Origin: a virus
Taxonomy: Duplodnaviria; Caudoviricetes
Direction: 5' to 3' (one strand)
Virus record (IMG/VR): IMGVR_UViG_2821731843_000002
DNA: 64,000 nt
The notes under the pieces were generated by a model, which saw only the letters and a program-made list of their open reading frames with translations, was not told the origin of the DNA and made no database searches. The translations under genes were made by a program, and so were the position numbers. Positions 55,799-64,000 of this stretch are shown here, piece after piece. Position 1 is the first letter of the stretch. The number at the start of each line of letters is the position of its first letter.

Positions 55799-56533
55799 AT
55801 GACCCAAATTATTGGCCAGAAAGAAGCCGAGGAAGCTTACGTACAAGCCGTTAGTGTCTGGCTCAAGAAAGCCTCCGAGTCTGAAGCAATAGGCGTGTTG
55901 GTCGAACGCTTGGGTATGAACCGCGCATCCGCCAGTGACATGATCCGAAACTTCTCGCAGATGTTGAAGGGTGAAGAGTACCATAGGACGCTTAGCGAAC
56001 TAGTTACGCGTTTCTATTTCGAACGTATATGTCTTGAGTTCGGGTTCGAATGCCTGAAAAAGGCCATCCAAGCGACGATGGCACACATAGAATATTACGA
56101 GGCCCTTTCGAGTGGGGGTAACCGTCCTGGATTGCGGAAGTTGTGCAAAGAATTTGAGGCTATTTTACCGCCCTTATGCCAAGATCCTGTTTATCGTTTT
56201 CAAGCAGAGGTCGACGCTGCATTGATGAACTCATCGGAGGATCGCCGTTCACGTCTAGAAAATACAGATCCAAACTCAAATCGAGTTGTTATCAGGACAT
56301 TTGCGTTCCGGCGCAATCCAGACGTAGTGGCAGAAAGGTTGAGCCAGGCCAATGGTATCTGCGACCGATGCCTATCCCCTGCGCCATTCAACCGCAAATC
56401 CAATGGCCGCCCATTTTTGGAAGTCCACCATACAATACCATTGGCAGAAGGAGGTCAGGACGTAGTTGAAAATACTATGGCTCTTTGCCCAAACTGCCAT
56501 AGAGAAGCTCATTTCGGTGAGGATTGGGCTTAA
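55799..56533 (+). CDS. HNH endonuclease (McrA-like C-terminal domain) with uncharacterised N-domain
   Basis: CDRC...LEVHHTIPLAEGG.D...NTMALCPNCHREAH. Confidence 0.85.
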   Translation: MTQIIGQKEAEEAYVQAVSVWLKKASESEAIGVLVERLGMNRASASDMIRNFSQMLKGEEYHRTLSELVTRFYFERICLEFGFECLKKAIQATMAHIEYYEALSSGGNRPGLRKLCKEFEAILPPLCQDPVYRFQAEVDAALMNSSEDRRSRLENTDPNSNRVVIRTFAFRRNPDVVAERLSQANGICDRCLSPAPFNRKSNGRPFLEVHHTIPLAEGGQDVVENTMALCPNCHREAHFGEDWA

Positions 56534-56704
56534 TTTGATAACATCTAACTAATTTCCTGTTTGTCAGATATTGATGAACAAGGTAGTTTCCCCAATTCGG
56601 AAATGGCCGCCTCGGTGACGCTGCAACATAGCATTGACTGGCGACACGAGTGTCCAGTTTGGATCGTTCACGTTCTAACAGAACGAACTGCGCCCGAACT
56701 TGGC

Positions 56705-56770
56705 AAAGGTGACTATCTGCGCATTGCTGCCGTTGAAACTAACCGCAGCGAAGGCCCGGAAACCACCTTT
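56705..56770. repeat. Two degenerate 30-bp palindromes
   Basis: 56705-56734 AAAGGTGACTATCTGCGCATTGCTGCCGTT (close match to 24649-24678); 56741-56770 AACCGCAG...AACCACCTTT. Confidence 0.65.
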
Positions 56771-56841
56771 CGTGCAGAATGCCTCAACAGTTTAACTCGC
56801 GACTAACAGATCAATACTGACACTGCTAGATTGCGAAAACT

Positions 56842-57249
56842 TTAGAGATCAGGAAACAAAGGCAAGGGAGGTAGGGGGGTGCTCTTTCGTTGGGCGTGAT
56901 TTTGAACCTCGCCAACCTTTAACCAGTTACGAACAGCCACGTCGGTTACGCCAAGTTTTCGGGCGATCTCAACCGTTGCTAGGCCTTGGGCTTTGTAGGC
57001 GCACGCACGCCATTTTTTTGCCAGTGGGACCCGAGGCTGCAAGCGGTGCGATATGCTAGTCAGCGCATTTGCCTTGTCGAAACCAAGCAATGCCACGACG
57101 CTGGATCGGGTTCTGGGGTTTTTGGCGATATAGATTTCGGTGCCGCCGAACTCTTCGATAAAGCGCAGGGTGTCGGTCAGGCCAAGAACCTCGAAGTAGG
57201 GTTCGACCTGGGCAGTTGGTCTTGGATAGGGCCGGTCAGGAGCGATCAT
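56842..57249 (-). CDS. Mor/C-like late activator, unlike that of prophage A
   Basis: FGGTEIYIA motif; C-terminal HTH ATVEIARKLGVTDVAVRNWL; ATG 57249. Confidence 0.72.
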   Translation of the reverse strand: MIAPDRPYPRPTAQVEPYFEVLGLTDTLRFIEEFGGTEIYIAKNPRTRSSVVALLGFDKANALTSISHRLQPRVPLAKKWRACAYKAQGLATVEIARKLGVTDVAVRNWLKVGEVQNHAQRKSTPLPPLPLFPDL

Positions 57250-57499
57250 TACGTCGCCCACTTCCACCTTTGCGTCCGGATTGGTGGCGGCGATTGGCGG
57301 GGATGATCGTGGAAACAACGCCGCCCTGCAGCTTGTAGACGAAGCCACCCGAGACCACACCGCTGGCCCCGTCATGTTCCCGATGTCGGTCGACGATGCG
57401 GCCAATCCTGCGCCGCAATGCCTCTATGTCGAAGCCTTGCACCTGCTGCATGTAGCGCAGGACGGCGTGGTCAGAAACGCGGTGACGGGGCTTTTTCAT
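57236..57499 (-). CDS. Small hypothetical protein, absent from prophage A
   Basis: RVSDHAVLRY motif; coupled to neighbours. Confidence 0.65.
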   Translation of the reverse strand: MKKPRHRVSDHAVLRYMQQVQGFDIEALRRRIGRIVDRHREHDGASGVVSGGFVYKLQGGVVSTIIPANRRHQSGRKGGSGRRNDRS

Positions 57500-57951
57500 T
57501 TGCGATGCCCCAACCAGTTAAAATCAATACCAGCGCGTACACCCCAGGCCTTCAGAGCTTGGATCACAGCGTTGATTTGTTTGTGATCGCGTAGCATGTC
57601 GACGTCGGCAGGCACTGAGCCCCAGACATTGCCAAACTGATCCCGAATGAATTTGTTCAATCCTTTCCGGCTGGGATCTCGCAATTCGCCTGCCTCGCCG
57701 AGCTTTGTCCAAATCACATGCACCAGGCGCAGATCTGGACGCGGCGCGGCCTTATGCTTTTTCGATCCCTTTGAAGAGGTTTTAAAGCCGTCGCTTTTGA
57801 GCCGTTTAAGCACTTTTAATAGTTCGGCGTCGCTCATGTCTTTCATGGAGGCCTTGCCGGTCACAACAAGCTGCAGGGCACGGCGCGCGTCACCGTCCAG
57901 GCCAAGTTCGCGGCAACCGATGTGGATCTTTTGCTGCAGGGCGCGGTTCAT
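57496..57951 (-). CDS. GemA / gp16 (DUF1018) family protein
   Basis: Near-identical to 12651-13106. Confidence 0.8.
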   Translation of the reverse strand: MNRALQQKIHIGCRELGLDGDARRALQLVVTGKASMKDMSDAELLKVLKRLKSDGFKTSSKGSKKHKAAPRPDLRLVHVIWTKLGEAGELRDPSRKGLNKFIRDQFGNVWGSVPADVDMLRDHKQINAVIQALKAWGVRAGIDFNWLGHRK

Positions 57952-58205
57952 CAGGACACCTCGCTTGATAGGGGCACAACCGGGTGAGACGTCGCCACGT
58001 CGGCTTCCATCCGGCGCATGGTGGTTTCCATTTCTTGGCGCGCGATGGTGTCAAACTCACCGGGTTCCATTTTGGACAGGGCTGCGTCCGTTTTAAGCAC
58101 CGAGAGCCGGGCCCCTAAAACCAAGGAGGCTCGCCGTTGTTTGATCGCAAAGGCGGTGAAGCTGCTGCGTAGAGCCTGGCGCATTTCGGTTTTACTCTTT
58201 GCCAT
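57951..58205 (-). CDS. Hypothetical early protein
   Basis: Near-identical to 13106-13360. Confidence 0.65.
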   Translation of the reverse strand: MAKSKTEMRQALRSSFTAFAIKQRRASLVLGARLSVLKTDAALSKMEPGEFDTIARQEMETTMRRMEADVATSHPVVPLSSEVS

Positions 58206-58232
58206 TCTAGGGTCCTTTCTTGGGTGGGGGCT

Positions 58233-58898
58233 TCAGGCTTTTGCCAAATCAATGGTGATGTGCTGCCACTTGGCATCCGGTGTGGGGCGTCGGTAGCAGC
58301 GCACATAAGTGGATTTTCCGACCACGCGCATAGCGTCGCGAATGGCCTGCATGGCGCGCGTCCAGCGTTCGTCCTGGATGTCCAGTTGCAAGAGTTTGTA
58401 AATCTCGGCGCGATTGATCTGGCCTTCTTTGTCGGTGTTGAAGGCATTGGTGACGATGGCTTGCAATTCGACCGGGGCTTCGGCGGACCATTCATTCAGG
58501 CATTCGTCAACAAGACCCTTGGCAATCTGCAGCTCGGGGCCAAAGTCGAACTGATCGGCCACCGACACTTGAACCTTGAATAGGCCATCAAAGCTCATCA
58601 GGGTTTTGTTGCCTCGTTTGCCGCCAATGGTGGACCCGTATTCCTGTTCCAGGATCGCCTCAAAGTCTCCAATGTCGTCAAAGACATGTTCTTTGAACCG
58701 GGCGGTCTGGGTGCTGAGCGCCAATGCGTATCCGGCAATCTTACGCACCGTTTCGTCCTGGAGCTGGTCCTGGGCTTTGACCAGGTCAACCGGAATAAGA
58801 CCGCCCTTGGCATCGGTCATGTAGGTATTACCGTTTGCAGTGACGCGACCGTCGGGTATCGGTGCGGGTTCAAATTGGCTTGGGGTTTGAGGGCTCAA
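58233..58898 (-). CDS. DUF3164 family protein
   Basis: Near-identical to 13388-14050; TTG start overlapping upstream stop. Confidence 0.8.
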   Translation of the reverse strand: MSPQTPSQFEPAPIPDGRVTANGNTYMTDAKGGLIPVDLVKAQDQLQDETVRKIAGYALALSTQTARFKEHVFDDIGDFEAILEQEYGSTIGGKRGNKTLMSFDGLFKVQVSVADQFDFGPELQIAKGLVDECLNEWSAEAPVELQAIVTNAFNTDKEGQINRAEIYKLLQLDIQDERWTRAMQAIRDAMRVVGKSTYVRCYRRPTPDAKWQHITIDLAKA

Positions 58899-59398
58899 TG
58901 GATCTGCTCCGGTTTGGGTGTTTCAGGGGGGTGAGACAGGATTGCGATGGGTTCGGGCTGCAGGTCCGAAAACCCGGCTTCCTCGGCCAACATTTGGAAA
59001 TCGCATGGGCTTAGGACACCAGCGCATTGCGCCAGAATGCACCGGGCCTCGTATGTCTTGTAAAAGCTACGAACCGTCATCACGGCCAGCGTCAGGTCAC
59101 CGGCGCAGTCAAAACGGCCGGCCCGGATGGCATGGCGCAGCACGATGCGTTCGGGCGTTTCCGGGGCGTTTCCAAGCGGGCGCAACAGGATGTTGGCATC
59201 GACCCCAAAGAAAGTACAAATCCGGTCCAAGACATCAGGGCGTGGAAAGCTCTCGCCAGTCAGATAGCGGTTGAACTGGTTTCGGCTAATGTTTGCTTTC
59301 TTGCAGATCTGTGAGACCACCATACCATCAGTCAACTTGAGCAGATTAGCGGATAGTTGATTGCGCAAGTCTTGCGGGCTTCGTTCAGGATTTTGCAT
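58895..59398 (-). CDS. XRE-family HTH protein, deleted in prophage A
   Basis: SQICKKANISRNQFNRYLTGESFPRPDVL HTH; ATG 59398 with GGAGG RBS. Confidence 0.75.
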   Translation of the reverse strand: MQNPERSPQDLRNQLSANLLKLTDGMVVSQICKKANISRNQFNRYLTGESFPRPDVLDRICTFFGVDANILLRPLGNAPETPERIVLRHAIRAGRFDCAGDLTLAVMTVRSFYKTYEARCILAQCAGVLSPCDFQMLAEEAGFSDLQPEPIAILSHPPETPKPEQIH

Positions 59399-59846
59399 CT
59401 GCAAACCTCCGGGACTTGAAGACAAGTTTGACGTCGGTTTCGGGCGTTGCTATGTCCCTAGCGCCGCTGGATTTTGGAGCGTTGCGTGGGCACTTCCGGC
59501 AAAACCGGGTCATCAGAACGCGCTGGGGATCGGAGGAGGTGCCGCGCCGGATCTCGTCGCGCCAATGCAGGCAGATTTCAGAAGCGATTTCACCGATGGC
59601 AGGGCACTCGATATCGCCGCTCATGTAGATTTCGCGCACCCGCATGGCGACGTTGTCGTAACTGCCCTGGTAGCTTTTTCGAATGACCTGGCTAACGGCT
59701 GCGGCGCTGATACCAAGGCGGGTGGCAACCTTGTTTTGTGAGCTGCCGTCGCATTCGCGGATCAGGGTCATGATCCAGTCGGGGATCTCATCGCCCCAGG
59801 CATCTTGCGCCACAATTTCGCGGTCGCTGATTATGAGGTTGCCCAT
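59385..59846 (-). CDS. Early HTH-containing protein
   Basis: Homolog of 14082-14543. Confidence 0.7.
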   Translation of the reverse strand: MGNLIISDREIVAQDAWGDEIPDWIMTLIRECDGSSQNKVATRLGISAAAVSQVIRKSYQGSYDNVAMRVREIYMSGDIECPAIGEIASEICLHWRDEIRRGTSSDPQRVLMTRFCRKCPRNAPKSSGARDIATPETDVKLVFKSRRFADAKS

Positions 59847-60715
59847 GTGACTTCCTCCCCCTGGACGTAGACAACACGGCCCTCGTTTGGGTCGACCACG
59901 ACGGGAAGACGTTTAATTGTTGGGGGCAGGGGGCCAGTGTCGCGCACCAGGTGGTAGCGAACAGATTGCGCCGAGGTGCGGCCCCGGCGGCTGTCTTTCA
60001 GATACCCGGCTTTTTCCAATGTCGAGCAGTAGCTGCGGATGCCCTTTTCCGAGAAGTCCTCTTCCAACCCGGCAAAGGTCATCAGCATGTCCTCAACGGT
60101 GAACTTGTTCGCGGCCCGCATTGCCGTCCAGATCCTACCTTCCGTGGACAGGCGTTTGTCCTTGGCCCGGCTCATGATTTCCAAGGTCGAGAACGCGGTA
60201 TAGTAGGGCTTGCCATTGTCATAACCGGCGGATCTCAGCAGGCCGGCGTTTTCCAAGGACCTCAAAAACAATGTTGTTTTGTTGTCCGGGGCGATCTTCT
60301 GCGCCAGGACAAGATCGCGGGTGAACCGGAGCTGCCTGCGGACAAAACCCCAGAGCTTTTGCTCTTCGGGGGATTGCGGCGTCCAGGGCTGGAGCGGCTG
60401 TGCCCTGTCCTGGAATGCGGAAATCTTGGACCCCAGCCTGTCAGAGCGCCATTGCGCATCCATAGCGCTGGTATCAATCAAAGCTGCATCGCCCGACAGG
60501 CTGGCCGGATCTTGCGCGGTGTAATAGCGAATGTTGCCCTTGCGCTGATATAGCATGACCAGGTTCAGGCGGGCCAGACTGCGCAGGTAGTTGGTGCGCT
60601 TCCAATCCCCAGCAGCACAGAAGGCTTCGACGTCAGCATGGGTGAACACCTGGCGCGACTGGATGAACTGCCAGATTTCTTGCTCATATTTCCCGGATGG
60701 GACGTAGTCGCTCAT
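59831..60715 (-). CDS. Early hypothetical protein
   Basis: Homolog of 14528-15412. Confidence 0.7.
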   Translation of the reverse strand: MSDYVPSGKYEQEIWQFIQSRQVFTHADVEAFCAAGDWKRTNYLRSLARLNLVMLYQRKGNIRYYTAQDPASLSGDAALIDTSAMDAQWRSDRLGSKISAFQDRAQPLQPWTPQSPEEQKLWGFVRRQLRFTRDLVLAQKIAPDNKTTLFLRSLENAGLLRSAGYDNGKPYYTAFSTLEIMSRAKDKRLSTEGRIWTAMRAANKFTVEDMLMTFAGLEEDFSEKGIRSYCSTLEKAGYLKDSRRGRTSAQSVRYHLVRDTGPLPPTIKRLPVVVDPNEGRVVYVQGEEVTWATS

Positions 60716-61455
60716 AGGGCACCCCCAACGGCCAGAAACTCATTCCCGGCTGGAAAGGGTTCCTTGCCCCAGTCCTTTAGGGTGACCTTCTGCATGTTCC
60801 AGGTGCGGGCCATGGTTCTGACATGGGCGATGCAGGTGCAAATCTCGCGCACCTTGCCATGTCTTTCCGAGACAATATGCTCCAGCAAATCTGGGGCGAT
60901 TTCAACGCCACGGCCATAATACCCCGCAAGGGATTGGGCATCGTCCAGACTAGCCGGGTGGGCCGTGACCCGCTGCATAACCCGGCTGGCGATGGCAGTG
61001 TATTTGGCCAGTTTCGCCGGGAAGTCATAAGGGCCGATCAGGATCAGCGGCACGTCCGAGCGGTCATGCAGGAACCGGATGCTGTCGATCATGCGGGGCT
61101 TCAGGGCATGGTCGGCTTCGTCAATGACCAGGGTGCGCCCAGCCTGGGCCAGGCTTTCCTGGGCGCGCATTTCCAGATAGGCGGTGGAGCCTTTCTCGCG
61201 GGCCCCCAGCTCGTTCAGGATCTTCTCAAACAGGAACTTACTGGTGTAATTGTTGGTGAGCTGAATATGCAGGATATCCTGGTGCGCCGAGGCAAACATT
61301 GCCGCGTGTGTTTTGCCCACGCCGGGTTCGCCGTGAAGGACACCGATGCCGGGCAGGCCAATGTCACGGTTTTCCAGCGTCTCTATCAGCGAGGCCAATA
61401 GGTAAACATTGGTGAGCGGCTTTACATATTCGCCGAGTTTTGTTTTCTGTAACAT
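60712..61455 (-). CDS. MuB-like AAA+ transposition ATPase (intact)
   Basis: GEPGVGKT, LVIDEAD motifs. Confidence 0.88.
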   Translation of the reverse strand: MLQKTKLGEYVKPLTNVYLLASLIETLENRDIGLPGIGVLHGEPGVGKTHAAMFASAHQDILHIQLTNNYTSKFLFEKILNELGAREKGSTAYLEMRAQESLAQAGRTLVIDEADHALKPRMIDSIRFLHDRSDVPLILIGPYDFPAKLAKYTAIASRVMQRVTAHPASLDDAQSLAGYYGRGVEIAPDLLEHIVSERHGKVREICTCIAHVRTMARTWNMQKVTLKDWGKEPFPAGNEFLAVGGAL

Positions 61456-61503
61456 TGGTACCTCTGCTTCTTAGGTGTGCCATTGGGACGGCGTTATTGG
61501 CGA

Positions 61504-63636
61504 TCAACCGGCGTCGTCCCGCTTGGCAAATTCTTCTACTTTCTGAAAACCGCGATATTCCGGCAGCTCGATGTAGCTGCGCAGCCAGTCGGCCTCGCCA
61601 CTGCCAACCCGTTTCCCGGCGTCTGATTTCGCAATGATGTCTTTGGCGTCCTGAAACCGTTCTCTCGGTGTCGAGGCAGGTTGAAACCGCCCAACGGCCT
61701 TGGGTTTCGGATCTGATTTCTTTTTGTCCTTCACACGCTGTTCAAAGGCCTGTCGCGCCTCCAGGACTGTGGGGTCGGAGGTGACCTGATGGCGCGGAAC
61801 CGACACGGGGTCTTTGCTGAAAACCGGTTTCACAACCTTGGCTTCAACCAACTCCGATTGCATCGCCGCGCGGGCAGTCCTGTCGGCGGCAATGTCTTGA
61901 ACGGATAGAGGGCGGTGGGCCTTCAGAAGCTCCTTTTGTGCTCTCTTGATCCTGTGATTACGGCGTTCAACTTCCTTGGCCCCGGTAACGTTGAAGAACC
62001 CGACTGATTGCCGACATTCGGCAAATCCGAGGTAAGACCCGTCGAGCTCGTAGATATGAACACCGGAATGCAGATCCTCTGGATCAAATCGGGCCACGAT
62101 CTTTTTGCCAGCCCGCTCAGACATCCAGTCTGAATGATAGAAGTTCCTGAACAGTTGGAGCTGGCCGTTGTCCTTGTTCAGCTTGCCGGTCTCTTGACCC
62201 ATCAGCCAAAGGCGACGTTGATCCTCGGTTGCCTTGCGGATAGGGGCTGTGGCGTAGCTCTCCGCAAATGTCTCGTCGAAGGATCGCCCCCGTGCAGTAG
62301 GGGACAATCGGCCCTCGCGTAAATTGTGCTCCTCAACACCTTCAGCCACAACCTTCACAAAATCGTCTAGAGGGATCGCACGATTGCCGTAGTTTTCGGG
62401 TTTGGCATCTGGACGGTTGCCAGTATAAGCGCCGTCAAAGCGGGGGGCTAAAGCGACGTCCTTTGCAAAATCCCGGAACCCACGTTCAATCGGTTTAGAT
62501 TGGCCACTTGCGGGCTTGGCCCAGTGAACTTGAATGCCCAGATTGGGAAGCACAGCAAGGGGATCGTCTTTGCGCACCTTAAAGCGAAAGCGGTTCGGAA
62601 TGCCGCCGGTGAGCCATTTACCGGTAAATTCCCGTCCGTTGTCGAACAGGCAATGGCTAGGGATGCCCCAGTTTTCAACCAATTCGCCAAAGGCGGCCAT
62701 GACCATTACCATGTTGGGTGAATGATCGATGCGCCAGCTCAACATCTTGCCGGAATAGAGATCCTGGAAGGCAACGATCTGGGGCCTGTTTATGGTGCCG
62801 TCGGGCCAGCGCACGAAGACGTCAAACTTGTGGCAATCGGCGTTAACGCCTTCGAGCGCCGTCAGGGTGGTACGGTCCCGGATCTGCGCCGGAAAACAGC
62901 GCTACAAGCCCGCAAAACCTTCACGGGCCAGCACTTGGCAAAGGCGCGGTACTTCATCGTCCAATCGCCGCTTTGCAGTCTTGCTGATCAGGATGTCCCA
63001 ACCCTCATGCTTGGCTTTTTTGCAGGCAGCGCGATAGCATTGGGCAAATGTTGGTGGTCCTTGGCGCAGATAATCGCTTGTTAAATAGTCCATAAACGCT
63101 TGGGTGCAGGCCGCTTTATTGGGCTTGCGAACAGCCAAACGGTTACGCGGCACCAGATAGGCCAGGCGGTCCTCAGGGGCGACGCCTTCAACCATGCCGA
63201 TCCAGTTGTAGACACTGCGGGCAGAGGAGCCACATTGGCGCGCGGCCTCGGCCACGGCGTGAACATGTGTAACGCCGGACTGGTGCAACCCGTCCACGAT
63301 CTGCAGAGCTGCCAGCCGTGTCTTTGCTTTGGTCTTTGCAGTTTCCGGCAGGCTATCAAATGCGGCCCAGGCATTGCCCCGGTCCGGGCGTTCGTCAGGG
63401 GTCTCAGCGGCATCTGTCAGCAGCTTGCGCCGTGCTGCTAAGGGCAGCACCGACCAGTGATATATCCAGCCGCCACCGCGTCCAACCTTGCGCTTGGCGC
63501 AGCCTTCAATAGCGCGCCAGCCGAACCGCTGTGCCAGCAGATTTATGCCCGGCTTGCTGCCCGGCAGTTCGGGCAGGCCAGAGTTGGCCAGCTCTTCAAC
63601 TGTCCACCAGATCTGTTTGGGTACAACGACGCTCAT
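61504..63636 (-). pseudogene. MuA-like DDE transposase interrupted by one in-frame TAG at 62902-62904
   Basis: ORFs 62902-63636 and 61504-62814 share a frame; prophage A has TTG (Leu) at the same codon (17594-17596). Confidence 0.85.
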
Positions 63637-63640
63637 TTGA

Positions 63641-64000
63641 TCACCCCGCCCGTTTGCTGGTGAAGGGGACGATTTCCGCGTCTATCTCGGGGGCCTGGTC
63701 GCTTTTGATCGAGACGTCTTCGCCCAGCAGCTCCAGCAGCTCGTCACTGTGATCCTGGGCAAACCGCCGGCGGGCTTCTTTTGGAGCCCGTGAATAAGCG
63801 TCGTTTAGTTTGCCGCTCGCCGCTTCAACCGGGTCTTTAACAGCAGTTCCGGGGGATTTCTTGCGGGCCAGAATTTCCTTGGAGGATTTGGCGGAGCCAT
63901 TGCCAAGGGCGCGGCAAATATTGGCGCGGTCACTGGCGTCGCCACATTTTGCGATCTGTTCCAAGTCAGTGAATTGGACCTTGCGAGGAGCCTCTCGCAA
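63641..64000 (-). CDS. ParB-domain protein, C-terminal part (5-prime end beyond window)
   Basis: Homolog of C-terminus of 18332-19240. Confidence 0.8.
   Translation of the reverse strand: MREAPRKVQFTDLEQIAKCGDASDRANICRALGNGSAKSSKEILARKKSPGTAVKDPVEAASGKLNDAYSRAPKEARRRFAQDHSDELLELLGEDVSIKSDQAPEIDAEIVPFTSKRAG

Larger units (their letters stand above)
24708..64000 (-). mobile_element. Mu-like transposable prophage B (siphovirus-type tail; immunity end lies right of window)
   Basis: Complete late region from com locus to lysis plus early genes to ParB. Confidence 0.9.

Noticed and set aside
56561-56806. 81-aa ORF after the HNH gene (and 54028-54439 ORFs)
   Set aside because: Composed of palindromic repeats or MITE sequence; likely non-coding

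Overview
The window holds two related transposable (Mu-like) prophages in tandem, both on the minus strand, probably in a Rhodobacteraceae/roseobacter-type host (inferred from gene content). Prophage A (before 1 to about 22.4 kb, left-truncated) shows head, packaging, lysis, early and immunity genes. It carries an initiator-like tRNA(CAT) 10 nt after the capsid gene and a luxR-luxI pair beside its repressor. Prophage B (about 24.7 kb to beyond 64 kb) shows a candidate right end, a com-linked ABC-ATPase/GNAT plus formyltransferase cassette at the mom position, a full siphovirus-type tail, head, packaging and lysis genes, a 3.5-kb cargo island (SH3, HEPN-motif and HNH proteins) and early genes. 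The two phages share near-identical lysis and early/transposition modules. They differ in head modules, late activators and matching late-promoter dyads. Both transposases read as broken: A has six -1 homopolymer indels across MuA/MuB, possibly assembly errors, and B has one amber codon. AT-rich cargo genes are bracketed by a family of degenerate ~30-bp palindromes, one of which is split by a 216-bp MITE. All annotation is by eye from motifs, synteny and pairwise comparison; no database search was run, so family names are recollection-based.
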